A DNA stretch of 64,000 nucleotides from an uncultured bacterium (GTDB lineage: Bacteria > Patescibacteriota > Gracilibacteria > Absconditabacterales > Absconditicoccaceae). Where the stretch lies: the NCBI GenBank assembly GCA_947169045.1, contig CAMVOC010000002.1, forward strand, positions 17,762-81,761, read 5' to 3'. This document shows positions 26,332 to 36,753 of the stretch, one piece after another. The position numbers and the translations under genes are program-made. Within the stretch, counting starts at the first letter, position 1, and the number at the start of each line of letters is the position of its first letter. The notes beneath the pieces are model-generated. The model did not search any database and was not told the DNA's origin. It was given only the letters and a program-made list of their open reading frames with translations.

Positions 26332-28242
26332 TTATTTCACCCAAAACCACGTTGTCGCTACTTCATCTTTGGATAAATAATATGATTCACCACTGGTAAA
26401 CCTAAAACTTCCTTCCGTCAACGATCCATTCGTTAACGTAAAATTCACTCTTCCAACGCGTTCACCAGATGCCAAATCATACAGTTCACCATACCAAACG
26501 AAACTATTATCTCCGACATTAAACTGCGTAATAGACAGCTTTTTAATCTGATATCTCGTACCAAACAGTTCAAAATATCCAACTTTAAACGCCGAATTAT
26601 TCAGGGCCAAGACATCTACATACACTTTCGCAACTTTTTGACTAGACCCTTCAGCACTCACCTCTTCCATTGTCTTCACAATTTCATCTGGCAAATGCAC
26701 ATCATTAAGATTAAGGAACATCGTCAACCTCGTTTTGAGACGATAAAAGAAAATCGCCACTTCATACCTAGCAATTGGAGACGAGAAAGTCACGGTATCT
26801 TGCGGAGAAATCAAACTTAAATCAATTGCCTTCTGATAATATTCTACCCATCGTGGAGTCTTGCTCTCATCCAAAGCTCTACCCTCAACTAAACGCACGA
26901 GCATCGCAATAAATTCAGCTTTTGATACCGTCTGACGTGGATTAAATTTTCCATTCGAACCGTTCATCACCCCATAAAGACAAACATTATGAATAGCAGA
27001 AAAAAAAACTGAGCTCTCAGGGACGTCTGAAAACGTACAAGCGCTTTCATTTCTCACCGTCGTAAGGTCTACAGCTTCAGCAAAGGCGGATAACATTTTC
27101 GCCATCTGTTCACGCGTTACCGTCTCAAAAGGCATAAACGCTAGCACCTCATTATAGCTGGTAATACCTTTATCATACATCCACTTCACCGCCTCATGGA
27201 ACTCCGGATCATCCACTAGCGCCTGATTCCCAGCAATCAAACTCAGATCCAGACCCCCATCCCCCAATGCTACCGATCCTGTCTGACAAGTAGCACCTGA
27301 AGAGCAGAGAGCTTCATCAGGATTCTGTTGATCCCAAGTCGTTTGAACCTGCTGAAGCAAAGCATTCAAATCACCTTTTAATTTAGATAATTGCAATTCA
27401 CGATTACTAGATCCATCAGGGTTAATAATCAGATTTTTAAACCTATAAATAAGTAACGCCGTTTGCTCCCTCGTTAATGGCAAATCGATACGTGATAAAT
27501 TAGTATCATTTGTTACTTCCAAATATTTCATCTTCACGTAATATTCAATCCATCGCGGAGTCGACTGTTCATTGGACATCTTACCTTCAAGCATTCTCGT
27601 CAATACAGCCAAGATCTGTCCTTTCGTCAACGTATCATGAGGCATATACGCATGAGTTTTATCATTTCCTCTAAAGATTCCCCACGTACACACCTGAGTA
27701 ATCCAATCTGCAAGCGTAGGATCAAAAAGATCTTCATCCACAAAATGACAATCTAAAGCTGACTCAACCACAGGAAATTGCAATGTTTCAAACAGCTTTC
27801 CAATCAATTTTGCAGCTTCTTCTCTCGTTACATAATCTTTTGGACGATAATCTGCAACCACATCATATTTGGTAAGACCATTCGAATACATCCAATAAAT
27901 TGCTTCTTCCAATTCACTTCCCGTCCCCAGAGACGCTAATGCCGTCCCACGATAGAACGAATCACTAGAAGTCGTCTCAGTAGTAGTATCTAACGTTTCA
28001 AGTCCAGAACCGTCAACAGCAGCATTTTCATCAGAAGCATCTGCATCTCCCTGCTCAGCATCCTGCGAGAAATACTCCCCAACATTTTCCACAAAAATCC
28101 TCTCTTCTCAAGAAAGAATATACACCTGCTTATCAAGCAAATTCACCTGCACTTCATACTCCGCAAATCAAAAAGAACATAAGAAACAAAAAGCTGAAAT
28201 CCCAAGCAAAGAAGCCAAAGAAATCACAGAAGTACGCATCAT
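26332..28242 (-). CDS. Cell-surface protein with four SLH-like domains (636 aa)
   Basis: Signal peptide MMRTSVISLASLLGISAFCFLC. Repeated SLH-like units: AIYWMYSNGLT..YVTREEAAKL, FVDEDL..ADWITQVCTWGIFRGN, AVKWMYDKGIT..TVTREQMAKM, FSDVPESSVFFSAIHNVCLYGVMNG. Beta-rich C-terminus. Confidence 0.8.
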
Positions 28243-28497
28243 GTTATATGATATAAGAGAAAATAAAGAAAGGTTCACCGAATATTTTTTTTATAAATTT
28301 ACAGCTATTTTGCAAGGGGAAGTACCTCTAGAGACTCCATACCATATTTAAGGTTAATTTAAGGTAAAAAAGCTATACTACGATATTCCATCAAGATTTC
28401 CATAATAAAGTCAATATATTTTCCGGATATTCAGCATTCAATATCTTACTTTTACCCTGCATCAAAACAAAAGTCAAGCTTTTCTTCATCTCAGCTC

Positions 28498-28525
28498 TTG
28501 CAAAATAAAGCAGGATTGATATACG
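28498..28525 (+). promoter_or_regulatory. Putative sigma-70 promoter of pilin gene 1
   Basis: TTGCAA (28498-28503), 16 nt spacer, TATACG (28520-28525). The homologous position in copy 2 reads TATATA. Confidence 0.5.
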
Positions 28526-28565
28526 AAGGGTATCTTTTTTTTATTTTATTTATTCTTTTTTCTAC

Positions 28566-29177
28566 ATGAAAAAAACCAACTTTAAGGCTTTCACGCTAGT
28601 AGAAATGCTTATCGTGATCGTCATCATTGGTATCTTGATCGCTGCTTTGCTTCCTAGACTACAAGGAGCACAGGCTATGGCTCGTGATACTGCTAGACAG
28701 ACTGCTCTTACTACTATCGGTACAGCTATCGCTGCTTACAACCTCCAAGTAGGTAACTGGCCTTGGTCAGGAACTCTACAAAGTTCAAACAATGCTGTAG
28801 GAGTTCAAAAGATCTGTGATAAATTAAGAACTCAAGGAATTATCAGTGATTGTCCTATGGATAGAGCTAGAGACTCTATAGTATCAGGTCTTACTAGTAC
28901 TCAGATCACAGGAGGAGACTTTGCATATGTAGTTCTTCCAAAAAATGACAGAGACAACAACGGATTTATCTTGATGGCTGCAACAGAAATGCCAGGTTCT
29001 TCTAACTGGGTAGTATGTGCAGACGGTACAGGAAAAATCAACGCAGGTGATGATATGAAAAACCTTCAACCTTGTAGTGAAGTAACTCTTAATCCAAATG
29101 GTACATGTACTTTCAAAGCTGGAGGAACATGTGTTGCAAAGAGTCAAGCTGAACTTAGATATGTATATCAATATTAG
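28566..29177 (+). CDS. Type IV pilin / pseudopilin, paralog 1 (203 aa)
   Basis: MKKTNFKA-FTLVEMLIVIVIIGILIAALLP is a class III signal peptide, with Glu at +5 and a hydrophobic helix. C-terminal Cys pairs. Confidence 0.92.
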   Translation: MKKTNFKAFTLVEMLIVIVIIGILIAALLPRLQGAQAMARDTARQTALTTIGTAIAAYNLQVGNWPWSGTLQSSNNAVGVQKICDKLRTQGIISDCPMDRARDSIVSGLTSTQITGGDFAYVVLPKNDRDNNGFILMAATEMPGSSNWVVCADGTGKINAGDDMKNLQPCSEVTLNPNGTCTFKAGGTCVAKSQAELRYVYQY

Positions 29178-29202
29178 TTCAACGTGTTAACTCATCCAAA
29201 AA

Positions 29203-29238
29203 AGAGCTATCCCAAAGCTAAGGGATCGCTCTTTTTTT
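29203..29238 (+). terminator. Rho-independent terminator after pilin 1
   Basis: Stem AGAGCTATCCC / GGGATCGCTCT followed by a T-run. Confidence 0.75.
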
Positions 29239-29427
29239 ACACAAAAAAATAAGAAATAAAAAATCATTACAAAATTTAAGGTTAATTTAAGGTACAAAGA
29301 GTACACTAAGAAATTCACATCAAAATTATTCTAAAATAAAGTCAATATACTTGCAAAATAATCAATATTCAACGTTATACGTTTATTCCATATCGAGATA
29401 AAGTCAATTTTTTTTTCATGTCATCTC

Positions 29428-29455
29428 TTGCAAAATAAAGCGAAACTTTTATATA
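29428..29455 (+). promoter_or_regulatory. Putative sigma-70 promoter of pilin gene 2
   Basis: TTGCAA (29428-29433), 16 nt spacer, TATATA (29450-29455). A T9 tract (29408-29416) lies just upstream. Confidence 0.55.
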
Positions 29456-29493
29456 GGAAGTATCCTTTTTATTTTATTTATTCTTTTTTCTAC

Positions 29494-30111
29494 ATGAAAA
29501 AAACCAACTTTAAGGCTTTCACGCTAGTAGAAATGCTTATCGTGATCGTCATCATTGGTATCTTGATCGCTGCTTTGCTTCCTAGACTACAAGGAGCACA
29601 GGCTATGGCTCGTGATACTGCTAGACAGACTGCTCTTACTACTATCGGTACAGCTATCGCTGCTTACAACCTCCAAGTAGGTAACTGGCCTTGGTCAGGA
29701 TCTTTGGACACTACTAACGGTAACGCATCTACAGGAGTTCAAAAGATCTGTGATAAATTAAGAACTCAAGGAATTATCAGTGACTGTCCTGTAGATAGAG
29801 CTAGAGATTCTGTAGTATCAGGTCTTGCTGAAACAGTTATTACTGGAGGAGATTTTGCATACGTAGTACTTGCAAAGAACGACAGGAAAAACAATGGATT
29901 TATGCTTATGGCTGCGACAGAAATGCCAGGTTCTTCTAACTGGGTAGTATGTCCTGAAGGTGGAGGTGTAGTAGCTAAAAACGCTGACATGAAAGACCTT
30001 CAACCTTGTAGTGAAGTACAACTAATACCAGGTGATACATGTAGTTTTAAAACTGGAGGAACATGTGTTGCAAGCAGTCAATCACAACTTAGATATGTTT
30101 ATCAATACTAG
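29494..30111 (+). CDS. Type IV pilin / pseudopilin, paralog 2 (205 aa)
   Basis: True start is MKKTNFKAFTLVEML at ATG 29494, inside track ORF 29428..30111. The first 69 residues are identical to paralog 1. Confidence 0.92.
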   Translation: MKKTNFKAFTLVEMLIVIVIIGILIAALLPRLQGAQAMARDTARQTALTTIGTAIAAYNLQVGNWPWSGSLDTTNGNASTGVQKICDKLRTQGIISDCPVDRARDSVVSGLAETVITGGDFAYVVLAKNDRKNNGFMLMAATEMPGSSNWVVCPEGGGVVAKNADMKDLQPCSEVQLIPGDTCSFKTGGTCVASSQSQLRYVYQY

Positions 30112-30133
30112 TTCAACAGGTTACTTACTTACC

Positions 30134-30162
30134 AAAAACTCCCCTCTCGGGGAGTTTTTTTA
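30134..30162 (+). terminator. Rho-independent terminator after pilin 2
   Basis: AAAAACTCCCC-TCTC-GGGGAGTTTTTTT. Confidence 0.85.
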
Positions 30163-30236
30163 ATCAATAAACCAATTGAAAAAACACAGCAATTCTCTAC
30201 AATACCCAACAGTTTTATCTATCACATCGACACATT

Positions 30237-32135
30237 ATGAAAAAATCGCTTATGCAATTTATTTGCTTCTTCATACTACTCACCGGAGCATTACGATTTT
30301 TACAATCCACCTCCACCCATCAGCAAACCGATACTGAAGGTCAAACGATAGAAGAAATTGCCAAAGAAGAAGATACAAGCCTCAGTAAACGATTATCTCT
30401 CTATCAGATGGGGAAATTCGAAAAAGTAGTCATAGAAAACGGAGTCGATCTCAAAGGATTTCAATTTATCACGACAGGGATAAGTCAGAATTTTTTCTCT
30501 CTTAACCAAGAATCTCGTCACTACAACCTCATCACCGCAAAAAAACCCGTAGACACCACTATTTCTGAACTTGGAATCTCGTTAACAGGAAACACCATCG
30601 TCTCTGCAGAATACGTAGAAAAAGGCTTACTAAGGAGCTTTATAGAAAATTTCTGAGGAATTATCCTTTTACTCCTCCTACTCACCTTCGGAATGAAATT
30701 CATGATGGGACGCGGAAATGGTGCAGGGGGGCTCCTCAATATCAAAGTAGGGAAAAAGCCGACAAAAGACACCAAAAAAACCAAATTCACAGACATTGCA
30801 GGAATGGAAGAAGTCAAACAAGAACTTATGGAAGTTGTGGATTACCTCAAAAACCCAGACAAATACAAAAAAGTCGGAGCTAGACATCCAAAAGGAGTAC
30901 TTCTCTATGGAGAACCAGGTTCTGGAAAGACCTTACTCGCCCGTGCTGTAGCTGGAGAATCTGAAGTGCTATTTTTGAATGTTTCTGGATCAGAATTTAT
31001 GGAAATGCTCGTAGGAATGGGAGCTGCAAAAGTGAGAACCCTTTTCAAACAAGCAAAAGACGCAGGGAAAGCCATCATTTTCATCGACGAAATCGATGCC
31101 ATTGGACGTAAAAGAGGGGCAGGACATAACGGAGCAAACCAAGAACAAGAACAAACACTCAACCAGATTTTGACGGAAATGGATGGATTTGATAACGATA
31201 CCAATATTATCGTTATGGCCGCGACCAACAGACCAGACATTCTCGACCCTGCACTCCTCAGAGCAGGAAGATTTGACAGAAAAATCTACGTAACCACACC
31301 AACTGCAGAGGAAAGAACTGCAATCTTTGAATACTACCTCAAAGGAAAGAAAATCTCTCCAAAAGTAAAAATCGAATCATTAACCAAAAGAACAAGCGGA
31401 TTAGTAGGTGCCGACATCGAAAACATCGTCAACGAAGCCAGCCTCAAAATCGCAAAAGACGGACGCGAAATCCTAGAAGTAGAAGATTTTGAATACGCAC
31501 TCGAGAAAGTCATTATGGGACCAGAAAAAAAAGTAAAAGGAATCCAAGAAAAAGAAAAAAAGCTGACAGCCTTTCACGAACTCGGACACGCATTATTGGC
31601 TCATCTTCAAGACGAAGCCGACCCTGTAGAGAAAATTTCTATCGTCAGAAGAGGACACGCCCTCGGAGTAACACGAACTACTCCAACCGAAGACAAAAAC
31701 CTCTATTCAAAGCAATATTTACTCTCCGAACTTTCCGTAATGCTTGCAGGACGTGCTGCTGAAGAAATATTTTTCGGACCTGAAGAAATTACCACCGGAG
31801 CAGCAAACGATTTCGAAAGAGCAACACAAACTGTTAGAAATATCCTCACCAAATTTGGAATGGATGAAGAACTTGGAATGGTCGTTTACAAAGAGGATCC
31901 TGATTTCCCTCTCCTAAAACCGTACAGTGAAGAAACCGCTCAAAAAATTGATAGAAAAATCAAAGAATATCTCGATAATGCCTACCAAATTTCCAAAAAA
32001 ACTATCACAAAGCATAAAAAGCTGATTGAAAAAATTGCAGCCATCCTCGTCGAAAAAGAATTTATTACCGGAGAAGAATTTGCTGAAATAGTTAATACGT
32101 TCGTTGTTGAAAACGAAGCAAAAAAATCTGATTAA
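30237..32135 (+). CDS. ftsH: ATP-dependent zinc metalloprotease FtsH
   Basis: Track ORFs 30237..30656 and 30693..32135 share one frame, joined by TGA at 30654. Walker A GEPGSGKT. IIFIDEIDA. SRH. HELGHAL zinc motif. Confidence 0.96.
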
Positions 32136-32155
32136 AAAGATGGAAATCCCCCAGA

Positions 32156-33079
32156 TTAACTAAAAAGTATTTGCTCAAAATTTTTAGCTGAAGCAACTCT
32201 TTTTGGCGATTTTGGAAATCCTGGAGCCTCATATTTAACGAGAAAGGCATTGGTTGCATCATCAACCGTAGTAGCCCTTAATACTCAACGTAATGCTCAA
32301 ATCCTATTACCTGCTTTCACTCCATTTTTAGGTAAATTATGCTCATTCAATTCATGAATCATAAAATCTACTTGAGTAGCTAAATCAATAGGAGCAAGCC
32401 TTTTCTCATCTTCCGGCGTTTTACCAGCAAATTTATATAACTGTTTTCTCCTCGTTCCTGTCCACTGTGCAAGGCCAAAAGCTCTATTATTCAGACTTGT
32501 AGAATCTAATCCTGATTCATGTTGCAGGTTTCCAAGAATCCCTGCCACTTGAAAATCTTTAATACCAGGGAATGCCTGCCTTAATTTATTAGAGATAAAC
32601 TTTGCATTCTGAGATCGCGTTAAAAAGTCCAATTTAGACTTAGCCGATTCCTTTTTTTCCACTTTCTTCAAATCAGCATGAAGGTCAAGCTTTTGCTTTT
32701 TAGGAGCAGCAGCTAAATGCTTCTCATGAGTTTCTGGCTTCTTACGAGAATTTTCAGCGAGTTGATTAAAAGATTTTTTAAGCTGTCCAACAGTATGCTC
32801 GATTTTCTTTCAAGCTTTCGTAGAAAGCAATGATGAAGCCAATGTTTTCAATTCAGCCTGGATTCACTTGGTCACACGCTGTATTTCTATCTCTTTTAAA
32901 TGCAATAACGAAGTATCTTCTTTCTTCTCTTTATGTAAAAAGGTGAAAGAGAAAGAAGGCTGTTCCCTTTTGGAGATAAAAGATTCAGACATTGACATCA
33001 CGATAATGAAAAAAGTAAAAGATACAATATAATAATAAAGATATCTTCCCCATCCGTCAATTAGTCCCCAAAAGATCAA
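32156..33079 (-). CDS. Membrane-anchored peptidoglycan hydrolase-like protein (phage tail lysozyme-type domain)
   Basis: Track ORFs 32297..32671 and 32864..33079 share one frame (gap checked), extending to TAA at 32156-32158. VAGILGNLQHESGLD...FGLAQWTGTRRKQL resembles the phage-tail-lysozyme family. N-terminal TM helix. The start codon is uncertain (TTG at 33077-33079). Confidence 0.65.
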
Positions 33080-33269
33080 TCAGCTTAATCTTGACTTTTT
33101 ACCTTTTTGACAACCTTTTTCCTATTGATAATACATCAACAATCCGTAACAATGAAATATTATGGTTTCTCTCCTTTGATCATTCATTTGAGTACTTCTT
33201 CTCTGATATCTTCGAATTCGATTCGTTCAGCATCTTTTTTTGCAAAACAAAAAACATTTTTCCATCAAA

Positions 33270-34019
33270 ATGGGGATTCTGAGCGTCATTTTAGTAGGAA
33301 GTCTCTATGGATTTGGAGCTCTCCTTGACCATCGAGGAATCAGCGCCGCAAGTGGACTTTCACGAATAGGAAGTTTTATCCTGTATCTTAGTCTGCTTTT
33401 TCTTTTCCTGATGTTTCGAAATAGACAATGGAAAAGTAAACAAACGCGATTTCTAGCGCTCATTCGAATCCTCCTCCTCGCGATCGTAGGCATCTTCGGT
33501 CTCCATTACGGAATCCAAAGCATCTTACTCCTGCTCGTTGCTGCCTACGTTGAAGAATTTCTCAAAATCACCGCAGCACAAACACAATCAGATACAACGC
33601 ATTTCAATTCAGATATTCTCACCTTTGCTCTCCTGATCGCCTTGGGATTCAGTATCGTAGAAAATCTTCTGTACATAGGGCTCAATTTTTCTAGTGGAGA
33701 AGCGGGAGGATTTGGTTTATTCGTAGGGCGTTGAATTTTTGCCTCTGGAGTACATATCTTAGCCACAGGAGTCATCGCATTACTCCTCTTCAAGCTCTAT
33801 CAAAGCACACAAATGTTTGCACATAAAAGCGGAATAGCATGAACCGGTAAAATTCTTGCGCGCGTAATCTTAGGAATGCTTGCAGGAGTAGGGTTACACT
33901 TTGGATATAACTTTTGCATTGCTCAAGGATGGACACGAGTATATGGAATCGTCGTAATTGGAGGATTCTTTTTGCTCAGTTATCTGCTTTTTTTATCTGA
34001 TAGACTATACCAAGACTAG
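33270..34019 (+). CDS. prsW: PrsW-family intramembrane metalloprotease
   Basis: Polytopic. Motifs VEEFLK, GFSIVENLLY and GVHILATG. ATG at 33270. TAG at 34017-34019 abuts the atpA start codon. Confidence 0.8.
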
Positions 34020-35549
34020 ATGCCTGCATCTCCTCTCCTCGAAAAAATTACAAAAAAAATAGAAAAAGCTGACTTATCAGGCGGTTTTTCCAAAGCAGGA
34101 ACTATTATCGAACTTCGTGATGGAATCGCAATGATTCAGTGATTAGCGAATATTGCTTTTAACGAAATTGTAGAATTCCCCAAAAATATCCTGGGAGTAG
34201 TCTTAGATCTCTCTGCAAAGACCACAGGAGTACTCATTTTAGGAGACGCATCTCAACTTGCTTTAGGAGATCGCGTGATTCCCACAGGGAAAGTATTGAG
34301 TATCCCCGTTGGAGAAGCATATATCGGACGCGTAGTAGATGGATTTACAAAACCAATAGACGGGAAATGAGAAATCGTAGCTTCTAACCGAGGATTAGTA
34401 GAAGCGCTTGCCCCAAAAGTAATGGATCGTCAAGAAGTCACGCAACCTGTAAAAACCGGAATTGTGGCACTCGATTCCATGATTCCTATTGGACACGGAC
34501 AAAGAGAATTAATCATTGGAGACCGCCAAACAGGGAAAACCACCCTCGCTCTAGACATCCTCATTAATCAAGCCAAAGAGCAGGAAGACGTCATCGGAAT
34601 CTACGTAAACATTGGACAAAAAAACGCCAGTGCAAAACACCTGGTAAAAACTCTCAAAGAGCACCACGCAATGGATCAAACAATTGTAGTAAACGCTGCT
34701 GCCTCAGATAGTGCCGCAATGCAATATCTAGCTCCCTACGTAGGATGTACGTTAGCAGAATATTTTATGCACCAAGGGAAAAAAGTAATTATTGTCTATG
34801 ATGACCTAACAAAACACGCAATTGCTTATCGTGAAATTTCACTCCTACTACATCGTCCACCAAGTCGTGAAGCCTATCCAGGAGACATCTTTTATCTGCA
34901 TTCTCGCCTACTAGAAAGAGCCGCACAGCTCAATAAACAGTTAGGAGGAGGGGCAATTACCGCCCTCCCCATCGTCGAAACCTTAGAAGGAGATATTTCT
35001 GCCTACATCCCAACTAATATCATTTCCATCACCGACGGACAAATTTACCTCAACGAAGACCTCTTTCATGAAGGAACAAGACCCGCAATTGACGTAGGAT
35101 TATCTGTTTCCCGTGTAGGATCTACCGCGCAAACTGCATTAATGAAAAAAGTGACAGGAAAACTAAGAATTCAATTGGCAAGTTTTCGTGAATTAGCGAG
35201 TTTTCTCCAATTTGGATCAGAAGTAAACGAAGAAACCGCCATAAAAATTAAGAAAGGACAGATTCTCACAGAACTTTTTAAGCAATCTCAACACGACTTA
35301 CTCTCTCCAAGCCAAGAAATCGTCCTATTATACGCATGAATTAACGATTATTTAATAGACTTCCCCCTCAGTGACATTCCAGCCATCAAACAATCACTAT
35401 TTCTCAAGCTAGAGCAACAATACAGTGACCTAAAAATTTCCTTAGAACAGGACGAAATTTTCAATACAGAACTAGAAAAACAGATTATAAAGCTGATTAA
35501 AGAAGTTTTAAAAGAGTTTCCCTTGCTTTTTCCTTGAAAATCAGTATAG
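34020..35549 (+). CDS. atpA: F-type ATP synthase alpha subunit (orphan copy, no neighbouring atp genes)
   Basis: [40 protein letters not shown]-[TGA]. The N-terminal 134 codons (34020-34421) and a C-terminal extension join track ORF 34422..35339 across TGA. TAG at 35547-35549. Confidence 0.93.
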
Positions 35550-35666
35550 ATAGAGCTATCATTCTTCACTCTATTTTTCTCCCTCAATCGAGGAAGAACC
35601 TCAAAAATAGAGAAGTTTGCAAACCGTCATTCATAATATCTTTTATTTATTATTCCAGTTCTCATT

Positions 35667-35843
35667 ATGGCAAAAAAGAAAAAAGGTGGAGTAATTAAAG
35701 TAGCTATGGTCTGTGCAGATTGTAAAGCTACCAACTATTACACTTCTATCAACAAAGCAATAAGACCAAAGCTCACCATCAAAAAGTACTGCAAACACTG
35801 CAAAAAAGCTGTACAACACAATTCTAGAGAAAAATTAAAGTAA
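35667..35843 (+). CDS. rpmG: 50S ribosomal protein L33
   Basis: 58 aa, below the track cutoff. Sequence: MAKKKKGGVIKVAMVCADCKATNYYTSINK...KKYCKHCKKAVQH, with two CxxC pairs. Confidence 0.88.
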   Translation: MAKKKKGGVIKVAMVCADCKATNYYTSINKAIRPKLTIKKYCKHCKKAVQHNSREKLK

Positions 35844-35888
35844 TTTTTCATACGTTTTACACATTTTTATCTTATTGTATCATTCTCA

Positions 35889-36188
35889 ATGTTAACAATT
35901 AGACTTTCCAGACATGGAAGATCCAAAAGACCCTTTTACAGAGTAGTGCTCACCGAGCATACAAAGCCTGCAAAAAGCGGATATATGCAAGTTTTAGGTT
36001 CTTTCGATCCTCTCAAGCATACGTTTGAAGCAGATATCGAAACGATCAAAACATTAATCAAAAACGGTGCTAAACCAAGCGAAAGGATGGCAAAACTATT
36101 ATACCAAGCTACTAAAGACGAAACTTTCCAGAAATTTTTTGTAGAAAGAGAAAGAAAAGGAGTTACCAAGAAAGAAAAGAAAGACTAA
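35889..36188 (+). CDS. rpsP: 30S ribosomal protein S16
   Basis: MLTIRLSRHGRSKRPFYRVVL...GSFDP is the typical S16 N-terminus. Confidence 0.93.
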   Translation: MLTIRLSRHGRSKRPFYRVVLTEHTKPAKSGYMQVLGSFDPLKHTFEADIETIKTLIKNGAKPSERMAKLLYQATKDETFQKFFVERERKGVTKKEKKD

Positions 36189-36219
36189 ATAAAACCTTTT
36201 ACTTAGTATCTTTTCTAAC

Positions 36220-36645
36220 ATGCCAGAAACCTTCAATCATATGTTTGATAAACCTGAAGATGTTATCCTTTTCGTATTGGCTGTCGCAGTATTAATTGTA
36301 TTTGCAGGATGTATCTATGCATTCTTTCGCGCAATCTTCTTCTTCATCTTTTCCAAAGGAGACGATTCAACCATAAAAAAAGCCCGAAATAGTATTAGAT
36401 ACATGGTAATTGGACTATTTCTTGTCATTATGCTATTATTCGTAGGACCTCAAATCCTCAGATTATTCAGACTACAAAATTATCAAGAATATACTGCAAA
36501 AAATGTCTTCGTCAAAATAGGAACAGTAATTACAGGAATCGGAGAAATCATCGGAATCATCGTAAGGGATTATCCAACGACCACAGGAATTGGATTAGAC
36601 GACAATCCTTCGTGGGATACAACATCAGTAAGTTATCAATTATAA
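36220..36645 (+). CDS. Hypothetical small membrane protein (141 aa)
   Basis: Intact standard-code ORF with two or three TM helices. No motif recognised. Confidence 0.6.
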   Translation: MPETFNHMFDKPEDVILFVLAVAVLIVFAGCIYAFFRAIFFFIFSKGDDSTIKKARNSIRYMVIGLFLVIMLLFVGPQILRLFRLQNYQEYTAKNVFVKIGTVITGIGEIIGIIVRDYPTTTGIGLDDNPSWDTTSVSYQL

Positions 36646-36671
36646 AAAAGACGTCCTTGTGACGTTTTTTT
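36644..36671 (+). terminator. Rho-independent terminator
   Basis: AAAAAAGACGTC-CTTGT-GACGTTTTTTT. Confidence 0.7.
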
Positions 36672-36753
36672 ACATCTCAGTCAGCTTTTTATACGTATGA
36701 TTTAACCTTGATAATAATAAGTGATACAACTTACTTATTTTTAATACCAACAA

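Larger units (their letters stand above)
28346..30165 (+). repeat. Tandem duplication (period 928 bp) of a complete pilin transcription unit
   Basis: The AATTTAAGGT doublet, promoter, 5' UTR and first 69 codons recur at +928 bp. Segment 28541-28772 matches 29469-29700 by eye. The 3' halves are mosaic. Confidence 0.9.

Noticed and set aside
28346-30165. The repeated 928-bp units could be a CRISPR array or an IS-related repeat.
   Set aside because: There are only two copies, each a complete pilin gene with its own promoter and terminator. There are no short direct repeats with spacers and no transposase.
32156-33079. A prophage remnant, given the phage-tail-lysozyme-like domain here and the baseplate-J-like stretch at 56415-57965.
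   Set aside because: No capsid, terminase, portal, integrase or tail-tube genes are anywhere in the window. The two genes are 23 kb apart and sit among housekeeping genes.
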